Below, piece by piece: positions 24,420 through 36,415 of a stretch of 64,000 nucleotides of DNA. The position numbers and the translations under genes are program-made. Under the pieces are notes generated by a model. It was not told the origin of the DNA, searched no databases, and saw only the letters and a list, made by a program, of their open reading frames with translations. Source of the DNA: Octopus vulgaris (taxonomy: Eukaryota). Every line of letters begins with the position of its first letter. Position 1 is the stretch's first letter. Location of the stretch: NCBI GenBank assembly GCA_951406725.2, contig OX597817.1, positions 174,902,001 to 174,966,000 on the forward strand, in the 5' to 3' direction.

Positions 24420-25195
24420 GAAGTAGAAAAAGTTCAGAGAGCTCCTATCTTTGTGGCATTGTATGGATTCTTCGATTTGGAGAAGAGCAGACTGAATGAT
24501 GCTTGTGTATGAAGTGTGATTTTTTTGGTAGTCAAACAAGGGAATTGAATGATGTGCACATGTGGGAGGAGTGGGTGAAGGCTGGAAAGAGATGAGTTGT
24601 GGATGCTCTGTTGGATACTGTTGGTGAGTATAAATGAATTTGTTGAGAGAAAGATGATGTCTAAAGGAAATTGGATGTTTTGTGCAAGAAAGGAGACTGT
24701 ACTGATATGGACATGTGATGTGGATGAGGGGTAAAGAATTGTTTAGAGCTTGAAGTGGAAGCAACCTGTAGAAATAGAAGTTTGAGAAAGACAATGGAAG
24801 GGGTGATGAAAGCTGATTTTAGGAGACTGGTTTTCACATTAAAGAGGATAAGGACCTGCAATAAACGGTTGAAGGGGGCGAGCTGACAGAAACGTTAGCA
24901 CGCCGGGCGAAATGCTTAGCTGTATTTCGTCTGCCGTTACGTTCTGAGTTCAAATTCCGCCAAGGTTGACTTTGCCTTTCATCCTCTCGGGGTCGATAAA
25001 TTAAGTACCAGTTATGCACTGGGGTCGATATAATCGACTTAATCCATTTGTCTGTTCTTGTTTGTCCTCTCTGTGTTTAACCCCTTGTGGGTAGTAAAGA
25101 AATAGGTTGGGTGCTGTGCCACAGAAGATCCCACCAACTAATGCTAACATGAAAAAATAGACATGAAATGATGATGATGATGATAATGATGATGA
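24420..25195 (+). mobile_element. RTE/RTE-X LINE 3' fragment, split by a family-B SINE
   Basis: Degenerate KFRELL..., RLNDACV*SV, RLERDELWMLCWI, VQERRLY*YGHVMWM; ends ccaactaatgctaacatgaaaaaatagacatgaaat(gat)n. Confidence 0.7.
24872..25104 (+). mobile_element. SINE family B
   Basis: Full-length young copy. Confidence 0.9.
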
Positions 25196-25622
25196 TTGAT
25201 GATTGTGGTGGTGGTAGTGTATGCATACATAATTTTATTTGTTCAATAGTTATTCATTAAAAGAAGACCTTTAAATGATTTAAAAAAAATTTTTTGCTGT
25301 TAGGTTTTTTTTCAACTTTCTTAAGAGTTAATTTCCTATCGCAACAAATTTCCCCTCACAACTACTGACTTCCTGGACTGAAATAACAAGGTAGCGCAGT
25401 ACTTCCTCAATAAGTTGCACTTAGTTCCATATCGAAACAGTGGAACCCTTTTATTCTGAGATAGCTTCTTTTACACTCTTTCAAATGCCCTCTCTAAATC
25501 ATCCTATCTGTCTCTGACTTTCACTCTTTCTCTCTCTCTGCCTCCTCTCCTCCCCCCTCTCTCTCTTGCTTGATATATATAATATACACATACATACATG
25601 CATACATACATACGTACATACA

Positions 25623-25656
<34 letters not shown>

Positions 25657-25679
25657 CATGTATATATATATATATATAC

Positions 25680-25713
<34 letters not shown>

Positions 25714-25771
25714 GCATACATATATATGCATATATATATATATATATACATACACATATACATATATATGT

Positions 25772-25807
<36 letters not shown>

Positions 25808-25957
25808 TTTGTTTGTTTGTTTGTGTTTCGAATAAGGATTCATTCTCTTTTTGAAGTTTTTGAAATCATTTAGAAATGTTATGACGATAATCAATTCAGA
25901 TTTCTGCAAAAACAGTGGAATCCTTAAATAATTTAGTATTCTGTTGAGTGCCTATTA

Positions 25958-26220
25958 TCATCATCATCATCATTGTTTAACGTCTGCTTTCCATGCTAGC
26001 ATGGGTTGGACGATTTCACTGAGGACTAGCGAACCAGATGGCTGCACCAGGCTCCAATCTGATCTGGCAGAGTTTCTACAGCTGGATGCCCTTCCTAATA
26101 CCAACCACTTGAGAGTGTATTGGGTGCTTTTATGTGCCACCGGCACGAGGGCCAGTCAGGCGGTACTGGCAACGTCCATGCTTAAATGATGTTTTTTACC
26201 TGGCACATGCACAAGAGCCT
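25958..26220 (-). mobile_element. SINE-like family C
   Basis: (CAT)n followed by tttccatgctagcatgggttggacg...ggatgcccttcctaa. Confidence 0.85.
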
Positions 26221-26483
26221 ATGTAAATGCTTGTATTTGTGTTTGTGAATATAATTGAATTTTAAAGTGTTATTGTGTATAACCAGGTTTCAGTATATTT
26301 GTAGGAATGTCTCCATACCTATTTCTATTAGAAACCATGGTGTTTAAGGAATAAATGCAAACAGATGTATGCATTATTTGGTGGATTACTAAAAGAAAGT
26401 TCTCAGATGGCTACGAAAAATATTTGCTTGCATCACTTGGATGTGTTCTTTGTGATCAGCTGTCACGAAAGCATTGCAAACAC

Positions 26484-26572
<89 letters not shown>

Positions 26573-26574
26573 CA

Positions 26575-26750
26575 TACATATAAGGGGGATGACCACCAAG
26601 TGGGCATCCATTATGCTAGAAGTATACTCCCTATGGTCTTACCACTAAGAAAGGATTGTTGAGAACAATCCTTTCTTAGTGGTAACAGTATTGGGGGGTC
26701 TACTTCTAGCATAATGGATGTCCACTTAGTGGTCATCCCTCTTATATGTA
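26575..26750. repeat. Fold-back inverted repeat (~86-bp arms, 3-nt loop); MITE-like
   Basis: Arms 26575-26660 and 26664-26750; inner 22 bp perfect; TA ends; adjacent to (TA)n. Confidence 0.9.
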
Positions 26751-26863
26751 AGTAATATAATTTTTCTGAGTCTTCAGATTTTTCAATATTCTAGACCACT
26801 GGTTTTAAATTGATATTAATCAAATTAATATTCAATTTTTCACCCTTATTATTTCAAATTATA

Positions 26864-27655
26864 TCATCATCATCATTTAGCGTCCGTTTTCCATGCTAGC
26901 ATGGGTTGGACGGTTCAACTGGGGTCTGGGGAGCCCGAAGGCTGCACCAGGCCAGTCAGATCTGGCAGTGTTTCTACAGCTGGAAGCCCTTCCTAACGCC
27001 AACCACTCCGAGAGTGTAGTGGGTGATTTTATGTGCCACCGACACAGGTGCCAGACGAGGCTGGCGAACGGCCACGCTCGGATGGTGTTTTTATGTGCCA
27101 CCGACACAGGTGCCAGACGAGGCTGGCAGACGGCCACGCTCGGATGGTGTTTTTATGTGCCACCGACACAGGTGCCAGATGAGGCTGGCGGACGGCCACG
27201 ATCGGATGGTGTTTGTTACGTCCCCAAAGCACGGAGGCCAGTCTATGCGGTACTGGCTACGGCCACGTTCGGATGATTTTCTTGTGTGCCACCGGCACTG
27301 GTACCACAAAGATACAAATTCCATTGATGTTCATCTATTTTGATTTGTTTTGATTTGATTTGATTTGATTTTCACTTGCCTCAACAGGTCTTCACAAGTG
27401 TCACAAGAAGGAAGGTATGCACAGGTGGACTGACTACGTCCCAGGTAGGGGCCACGGGTTATGGCCTGACTAGTCTTGCCGGGTCTTCGGATGGTGTTTT
27501 TATGTGCCACCGACACAGGTGCCAGATGAGGCTGGCGAACGGCCACGATCGGATGGTGTTTGTTGCGTGCCCACAGCACGGAGGCCAGTCGATGCGGTAC
27601 TGGCTACGGCCACGTTCGGATGGTTTTCTTGTGTGCCACCGGCACTGGTACCACA

Positions 27656-27658
<3 letters not shown>
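26864..27658 (-). mobile_element. SINE-like family C with expanded internal modules
   Basis: Several ~62-bp gtgccaccgacacaggtgccaga...ggccacg.tcggatggtg units and an internal duplication. Confidence 0.9.
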
Positions 27659-27696
<38 letters not shown>

Positions 27697-27882
27697 CAAA
27701 AAGGGTAATAACATAGATTACTACCAGTGGCCCAGCACAAAAGACGAATTAGTCATTAGACAAAATATTATTCATATAGAAATATAATTAAGGGCTCCCA
27801 AATAAGGATGCCAAGTGCTAGGGACACAAAAAAGGGATAAATTCATCGAGAGTGAAAATCAAAAACATTTACCTTTAACGAT

Positions 27883-27966
27883 ATATCCCGGACTGATCAA
27901 TTTCTACCTCTTTCTAGCAAAACAGACAGAGTATGTTTGCTAAGGCCAGTTTCATCAGCGAGACAC
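27883..27966 (-). ncRNA. Type I hammerhead ribozyme (intact core) within a TA-inserted element (~27695-27978)
   Basis: gtgtctcg CTGATGA a act..tagcaaac/gttttgcta..ggt a GAAA ttgatcag TC cgggatat: 8-bp stem I with GU pairs, near-palindromic stem III, GUC cleavage triplet. Confidence 0.75.
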
Positions 27967-27977
27967 CTTTGTTAAAT

Positions 27978-28254
27978 ATCAGCCTCGTCTGGCACCTGTG
28001 TCGGTGGCACAAAAAAAAAAAACACCATCCGAGCGTGGCCGTTCGCCAGCCTCGTCTGGCACCTGTGTTGGTGGCACATAAAATCACCCACTACACTCTC
28101 AGAGTGGTTGGCGTTAGGAAGGGCATCCAGCTGTAGAAACACTGCCAGATCTGACTGGCCTGGTGCAGCCTTCGGGCTCCCCAGACCCCAGTTGAACCGT
28201 CCAACCCATGCCAGCATGGAAAGCGGACATTAAATGATGATGATGATGATGATG
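27978..28254 (+). mobile_element. SINE-like family C, inverted partner of 26864-27658
   Basis: Nearly identical reverse complement of 26864-27130. Confidence 0.9.
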
Positions 28255-28289
28255 ATATATATATATGCATGTATAAAATTTAAGGTAAA

Positions 28290-28585
28290 CACCCCCTTTG
28301 GTCATGAATGCCCATGGGATTGCACCTAGAAAGTTACCCACCAAGGCAAAAGTTCAGGCAAGGTTGTTTATGGAAGACCAGCAGTTACCCATGCATACCA
28401 GCCTCCCCTCTCCATTCCACCGATGTGGGAAAGGGGAAAGTCTGATACAGCTTGGCACCAGACACATCACAACAGGAAATAAAGTGCCTTGTTCAAGAAC
28501 ACAACACACAACTTGGTCTTGGAATAGAACTAACCACCTCATGATTGTGAACCTGATGCTCTAACCACTGAGCTATGCACCTAAG
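28290..28585 (-). mobile_element. tRNA-derived SINE family D
   Basis: Minus-strand head ggtgcatagctcagtggttagagc; gtgttcttgaacaaggcacttt; related to 51440-51745. Confidence 0.75.
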
Positions 28586-29037
28586 CACATATATATATAT
28601 ATATATGTGATATATATAATATATATATATATATGTGATATATATAATATATATATATGTGTGTGTATGTGTGTGTATGTGTGTGTGTGTGTATCAGACA
28701 AGGCATAAATAACGGTTGTTACATATTTTTATCTATATTGTAGTAAATTTGACTTAGTGCTATTTCCAGTAGTCATTATAGATTCGTTATTGATAGGTTT
28801 ACTCAATCGCCCACATTGATCAGTTGAGAAAAATCGAACAACCTACAAAATTAATTATACATATACATATATAGTATTAATAAAATAGGAAATGGAATGT
28901 GCTCATCATCTATTTATACATTTTGTATAGTTCTTCCGTTATTTATATATATATATATAAAGGAAAAATTATATATATATATATATGAATGTGTGTATGT
29001 ATATGTGTGTGTGTGTTTGTAGATAGATGTATGTATG

Positions 29038-29114
<77 letters not shown>

Positions 29115-29117
<3 letters not shown>

Positions 29118-29717
29118 AAAATGGGACAAGAACGCAATACATCCAGACAGTTAGGTGATACAAAAAAGGGACAACAAAACATCCATTCAGATAATACAAA
29201 GAAAAGAAGGACGGGTCATTCGGAGTTTTCCATTCTCAGTCGAGTTCCAGATTATCTTTGCAATTTCGGCTGGTTATACTCGAGATTGCTCCAATCTGGC
29301 CAGCCCCAAGGAAAAACTAAGGTAAGAATATTAGATTCCTTGGAAGAAAGCATCGAATGTATACAAAAGCAAGGACAGAAAAAATGGAGAAAAGTTACAC
29401 AAATACAAATGCAATTAACAAGACATAACAACATTTCGACTAAGGACGAATTAAATGAAGCTGGCGTGTGTGGAAGTAAGGCTTTACGGCAAGGACATGA
29501 GATTTAACAGGCACATGGAGGAATATATATATTGCAGGGATGGTAGTCGAACCAAGAAAGAAAGGTCAGGCCTGGTAGAACATGTGGTCATGTGGGGAGA
29601 GAAGAGAGAGAGAGAGGTAGAGGCAGTTAGGTGATACAAAAAAGGGACAACAAAACATCCATTCAGATAATACAAAGAAAACAAGGACGTGTCATTCAGA
29701 GTTTTCCATCCTCAGTA
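29115..29717 (-). mobile_element. Penelope/retrozyme-like non-coding element, 476-bp unit with ~93-bp terminal redundancy
   Basis: 29148-29241 is repeated at 29624-29716; abuts (TA)n; several stem-GAAA and CTGAGGA..GAA motifs on the minus strand. Confidence 0.55.
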
Positions 29718-32042
29718 GAAAGCTTGCAGGACTGGAGCCTTGTGCAGCCTCCTGGCTTGCCAGTCCTCAGTCAAACCCCCCAACCCATGCCAGCATGGAA
29801 AGCGGATGTTAAACAAGGATGATGATGATGATGATGATGATGTTGATATCAGACACACAGACACACACACACACAGAGGCAAAGCAAAAATAAAAAGCAG
29901 GAATGGTCAATTAGATGTACACAGTGAATATATTATATTCACATCCAGTGGAAGTTTTAAATGGAAAAATAGGAGTGGAAATGATGTTTGAAACATGGCT
30001 CTTCATCAGAAAGAGGAAAAAGTTTGGAGAGGAGGAAAAGGCGGAAGGAGCAGATAGTCCAGAGAGAAGCACATGTATCGTTACAAGTTCAAAAAATAAC
30101 TGGGTTAAAATAATTATTTGGGACTCAGCATGCATTGATTACTTTTGTAGCCAACATATTCATTGTCTAATGAATTAGATTACAGTGACACTTCCAGGAT
30201 TAAATAAATAAAATATTTTCATTATGTCTGAGACACTTTCTGAAACGAAGCATGTTATTTTCTTTTCTTTAAGAGAAAATGTAATTAGACGTTATTAGGA
30301 TATTATTGACTGATAAGAATTAGTTCTGATTCTTTTTCTTTTTAAGCAACTATTTTTTGCTTGTTTTAACACTTTGCAGACAAATTCTTCATAAACCAAG
30401 AATAATTCTTCAGAGGTATCTTTTAAGATATTTAAGTTACATAGTTTCAGTATTTTTTTTTTATCATTACAATACAAGTCAAAATGCATTAATTTGTTTT
30501 CCTTGATTAATCTAATAAGGATTATTATTTGTTTAGTAATTGTTGTTCTTGTTGCAAAATCAGAAACAAACATTTAAGAATCAGAAAAAATTATTATTGC
30601 AATCGGATTTGACAGAACTGTGAGATCATCAGAAAATTTGCAGTATTTCTTCTGGTTCTTTGCATTCTGAGTTCGATACTGTCATTGTTAATTTTGCTTT
30701 TCATCCTTTTAGGGGGTTGGTAAAATAAAATACTAGTCAAGTACTAGGGGTGATGATATTGACTAATCCCTTGTTACACTAGCTACTTTTTATCCTGGAG
30801 TTGTTTAAAGAAAGTGAAGTAGTTGTTCCTCCCCTCCTTATAATCTCAAGTGGATGTAAGTGGAGCATCTAATATTAATTGAAAGATCTCTTCTCAAATC
30901 AGAATCAGCAAAGGGCACCGGTTGATTTTCCCAACCCATCATTATATATCTTTCCAAAACATTTTATGGTTCATTCTGGGAAATTTTCTAAAAATCAAGC
31001 ATCATTTTGGCGTCTTATTGACTGCAACAATAGCATTTAAAACTGGATGACTGAATAATTGTTACCTAGGATATGAAGGGCCTCAAGAAGTAAGGGATTA
31101 TCTACTCAGTGGTCTCAGGTCACTTAATTTAGATGTGGTAGCCATCAGTGAGACTTGGCTTTTCAACATTCATCTATTTACTCTTCTGGACAAGTACAAA
31201 TGCCTGCTTTTTTTGGTCCACTTGGGTCATGTTAGACAACAGTAATGTTTAGAAAATACCTAATTCCTAATGACCTTAAGGACCTAGATGGCTGGTTATG
31301 AGTAAAAGTGAAGGTGCTATGCTTTAGTCAAGTGGACCCCTATACAGCAACAAAGGAAAGTTGGCCAAATTTCACCAGGCATCTGAAGACCTTTTTGAGT
31401 ACATCTCACTTAGTGGTATTATAGGATGATTAGAATGGCATCTGAAATGTGTACTGAGATCAGATGGGATTATCATAATGGGAAGAGGGATGCAAAGGCT
31501 TTATAATCTTGTTCAAACATTTCCAGCTGCCTGACAAATTCTGACTGGATTACCTGGATGGATCAGTGTAGAAATGGGCAAATTGCTGAGGGTACTCAAA
31601 TAGGTTATTTGTCAGGATATTCAAGAGATGTAGCATAAATTGTCATCATTTTGTGGTGGTTGATTACACAGAACATAATTTTCTGATCTGAATGACCAAT
31701 CTAAATTGGACATTGTGGAAATGTCTTGTAAAACCATCATTTACAGAGAGGGAAGTCTACAAGAACTGGTTCAGTAAACTAGTTTAAGCTGAACTTGAGG
31801 GACTGGTTATAAAAGATATATGGTGGACAGATTTGGAATGAAAAGTTGAAGTGGATAAATTAGGGCAGTAGAAAGATTTAGACAAGAGATGGAATTAATA
31901 GTCAGTTTAGAAAAGTTTGTTATAAATGACATTGCATCTGAAGTGGTAGTGTTGAGAATAGCACTTGACCAAATTTCCAAAGTGAAACTTGAAATTTTTA
32001 TCGTTGAAACTAAGGTGCTTGTGCTAGAGCATGAGAGCAATA

Positions 32043-32122
32043 AAGATCCAGACAGCAGATCACAGATCCAGACAGCAGATCACAGATCCAGAAAGCAGAT
32101 CACAGATCCAGAAAGCAGATCA
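32043..32122. repeat. 20-bp tandem repeat x4
   Basis: AGATCCAGA(C/A)AGCAGATCAC. Confidence 0.95.
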
Positions 32123-32620
32123 CGGGGGGGGGGGTCCAGACAGCAGTAGTTCATCATGACAATCAAAACACTATATGGTCAGGGTTATCATTGAGCTGTA
32201 GAAGGTAGGTGATATCTAATTCCAAGTGAATGTGTATAGCTTGTCAACAGCTCTCTCTTGAAACAGTCTCAGGGGAGTAAAGGACTGGAGATAGTGTCTT
32301 TTGATAGCTATCTTGATGCTTTGCAACAAATCATTACAGAAGAGTGGGAAGGCAGGCAAAATCTGATTTCAGCTTCTGAAACAGGAAATGTTATATCTGA
32401 CTGTGAATGAGATAAGACTCCAGGACTGAATATTATTATGATATGATTGTAGTATGCCATACTTATTCACTCCTCTCTTGACAGGGAGTTAGTGGAACTG
32501 ACAGCAGACTGAGCCAAGCACTGGTGGTGCTGTTGGTGAATAATGCAGTAATGCAGACAAAGGGTGGGAGGACACAATGAACAACTCCAAGCCCATAATA
32601 CAGTTCTATATTTAACCCAC

Positions 32621-32897
32621 GGGCATATGGCGTAGTGGTTAAGAGCACAGGCTACTAACCCCAAGATTCCGAGTTCGATTCCAGGCAGTGACTTAAATAA
32701 TAATAATAATAATAATAATGATGATGATGATAATAATAATGATGATGATGATAATAATAATAATAACATTGAAAAATACCTTAGGAATGAGAACCCAGGT
32801 TTGAAATTTCCCCATGACACCTGATGAAGGCTGGAGGATATATCTGCCAAACAAGATGAGGACAAGTATCTGTCAAATGTAAATAATGTAAATAATG
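32621..32897 (+). mobile_element. tRNA-derived SINE family E with hammerhead-like tail
   Basis: tRNA-like head tggcgtagtggttaagagc...gagttcgattcc, (AAT)n spacer, gacacCTGATGAaggc...gccaaac, (aaataatgt)n end. Confidence 0.7.
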
Positions 32898-33220
32898 TCC
32901 TATTCCATAACATCTAAAGATGTTGGACAAGGTGTTCACAAAGAGTTTAGTACTTGTGGCTAATAGCATCACTTGGCCCACACAAACCTGTGAAGTCCTG
33001 GACAGCTCTATATCGGACAAATTCCACTTCATCGTAACGAAGGGTTGGAATCAGACCTGGCTTTGTTGGGGACGTTGATCAATTTGACTTTTCTCCTATT
33101 CTTTCCAAATGACTGCTACTACTACTACTACTACTACTACTATTACTACTACTACTACTGCTACTGCTGCTGCTGCTACTACTACTACTACTACTGCTGC
33201 TGCCGCCGCCACCACCTCTG

Positions 33221-33276
<56 letters not shown>

Positions 33277-33532
33277 ACTACTACTGCTGATACTACTACT
33301 GCTGCTGCTGCTACTGCTACTACTACCCCCTCCCCTACTGCTGCCACTGCTCATGCTGCTGTATACACATGACTGTTCCTAAAACATGCTCATGTACTTA
33401 CCCAAGCACTTAGAAGTCCTCTATAATTAAAGCCATGCTGATACTTCTTTGAAGATGTATACTTACTTATATACACCCACAGACACATGTATGCACACAT
33501 ACACATACACACTCATATGCACACTCATTAAC

Positions 33533-33535
<3 letters not shown>

Positions 33536-33564
<29 letters not shown>

Positions 33565-33686
33565 TGTATGTATGTATGTATGTATGTATGTATGTATGTA
33601 TGTATGTATGTATGTATGTATGTATGTATGTATGTATGTATGTATGTATGTATGTATGTATGTATGTATGTATGTATGTATGTATG

Positions 33687-33715
<29 letters not shown>
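33536..33715. repeat. (TATG)n microsatellite
   Basis: ~180 bp. Confidence 0.98.
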
Positions 33716-33717
<2 letters not shown>

Positions 33718-33866
33718 ATATATATATATATGTATGCTTTACAGGTATATATTCATTTATATAGTAATAAATGCCTACTTACATTTATGTATGAATACCT
33801 ATTATTATTTTGAAGTACACTTTAACATCTGTAAATTCTGAAGAAGAGACTCTTAATTCTAATAGC

Positions 33867-33897
<31 letters not shown>

Positions 33898-34627
33898 ACC
33901 ACCACCACCACCACTAACTCTGCTCAATGCATTTACTATCAACCCATCTGTTCCTTTAATACAAAACCTTCCATTTTGAAAGTGTTTATATTTATATTAA
34001 AACTGTCCACTTCCATCATAATTTTATTTAAGAAACTTTTTTGTCGTTTTCTTTTTTCAAACATCAACATAAAAATGAAACTTTTATTTTGATAAATCAT
34101 TCTAAACAATAAGAGTGGATATATGATAAGAAGCTGGCTTCCCATCCACATGGTTCTGGGATCAGTCCCATTGTCCCACTGCATGGCACCATACTATAAC
34201 CTCGGGCCGATCAAAGCCTTGTGAATGGATTTGGTAGATGGAAACTGAAAGAAACCTGTTGTATGTGTATGTGTGTGTGTGTCTGTCTGTGTATGTATGT
34301 ATGTATGTGTGTGTATGACTCTTCATGTCAGTGTTTGTCCTTCACTACTACCACCACCACTGCTTGGCAACTGGTATTGGTGTGTTTACATCCCTATAAC
34401 TTTGCAGTTTGGCAAAAGTTACCGATAGAATAAGTACCAGGCTTACAAAAATATATATATATATATATATATATATAAGTACTAGGGTGGATTCATTTGA
34501 CTAAAAAAGAAAATTTCATGGAGGTGCCCCAGCATGACCACAGACTGATGGAAATAAATGATGAAAGATAAATGTTAAAAAAATATATATTTTATATTAC
34601 ACACACACACACACACATATGTATACA

Positions 34628-34707
<80 letters not shown>

Positions 34708-34840
34708 GGAGATGTACTTGCATAGCAAGTGACTTGATCTGAGATCGTGTGCTGGAACGAAAACAATTGCAGCGGGGAAGGTGTTTATAAGCCATTTATA
34801 AGCCATGTGTTGTATATATATATATATAAATATATATATA

Positions 34841-34864
<24 letters not shown>

Positions 34865-34882
<18 letters not shown>

Positions 34883-35270
34883 AAATCTGTTCTGTCTGTG
34901 TGTGTGTGTGTCTTCTAGGATCTCTGGCATCCTCCAATATGATTATGGTTCAAATTTGATACGTAGATACCGACGGTATCAGGGCGTGTATAAGTCTTGA
35001 AAAAATTACAAAAATCGATTCCAGGTGAGAATGCGATCGATAAAGCCGTGGGAATGTGCATTTGTACATGCAAGTACATCAGCTGTTGCTATCGATTCTA
35101 TGCGTACATGAGAAAAATGCATGTGCAGTTTTCTCAAAAACAGCTGGCTGGCTTGAAATAATTCCACAAAATGGGACGGTGGACAAGTTGTTTTGAGAAA
35201 ATTTGGTTTAAATGTTTGACAACTCAGCACTGTCCATTGAACGTGGGGGGGGGGTGCATTTTGCTCGTAT
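34865..35270 (+). mobile_element. Putative non-autonomous Helitron-like element
   Basis: tatataaaatctgttctgtctgtgtgtg start, CpG-rich body, ends ...ttgctcgt; no TIRs or TSD; inserted in TA repeats. Confidence 0.35.
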
Positions 35271-35748
35271 CTATATATATACACACGCACATGCACAAAA
35301 ACATACATACATGTATATGTGCATGCATGTATATGTACATACATGTATATATACATACATACATAAGTCATCACAGGAACTGTAAAAATCTGTAAAACTT
35401 TCCATAAGTTTATCCTTTAAATATATATGCGCATGTCTAGATATGCAACTATATGCATGAGAATGCATAGATAAACAAAACATACAAATCTGCACATTCA
35501 CTGACTCCAAATACTGCACATATACACAAATACATGCACAAATACCTTTTTGATGTTGTTGAAATACCAATGAAAGTGCCTTAGGCGCAGGAGTAGCTGT
35601 GTGGTAAGTAGCTTGCTTACCAACTACATGGTTCCAGGTTCATTCCCACTGCGTGACACCTTGGGCAAGTGTCTTCTGCCATAGCCTCGGGCCGACCAAA
35701 GCCTTGTTAGTGGATTCGGTAGACGGAAACTGAAAGAAGCCCATCGTA

Positions 35749-35782
<34 letters not shown>

Positions 35783-35790
<8 letters not shown>

Positions 35791-36415
35791 ATAGAGGGCA
35801 TTATTACACATAAATGCCTCACACTAGGAGGGACAAAGTCATTACTACCAAAATTATACTAATCATACCCAAATGCAGTTTTTCAAAGCAAGACATTTAA
35901 AAAATGAATTTAGTTCTGTAACATTAATTGTTAAACTTATTCCGAAATACTTTTCATTACCCGACATGCAGTTCGTAAAAAGCCCGCCATTTACCGGATA
36001 TATGATTTATAAACATTCCATGTGCTTGGCCGGAGTGAGCAGTTGTCTGTTCGTCTTCGCTACGTAAGGTTGGTAGTTTATTTATGATGTGTTCAGAATC
36101 AGTTCTGCTGACGATCATTAGACGCAAGTTGTATGTGAAATCACGGTGATACAGAACTAAATTCATTTTTTAAATGTCTTGCTTTGAAAAACTGCATTTG
36201 GGTATGATTAGTATAATTTTGGTAGTAATGACTTTGTCCCTCCTAGTGTGAGGCATTTATGTGTAATAATGCCCTCTATACAATATAGATATAATTAATT
36301 TGTTCAAAAGAAAAAAATTATTTTCGGATTCTTTTCTTTTATGAGGTTTTCACGCTAGCTACCCGATAATTTCTTGTTAAGATCCCTTATTAAGAGATTA
36401 TCCTTAATTGTTAAA

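Larger units (their letters stand above)
31040..33090 (+). mobile_element. Tx1/L1-like LINE, degenerate APE and RT
   Basis: LRSLNLDVVAISETW (APE), LVVL*DD*NG (GDxN-like), DKTPGLN, LKMLDKVFTKSL, QTCEVLDSSISDKFH, TLINL; interrupted by a SINE. Confidence 0.65.

Noticed and set aside
30295-30573. 92-aa AT-rich ORF on the minus strand
   Set aside because: No recognisable motif, no ATG-independent support and no clear splice pair.
32621-32693. Functional tRNA gene (also 40652-40722)
   Set aside because: Acceptor stem is poor and the sequence continues into a SINE body, so it is treated as a SINE head.
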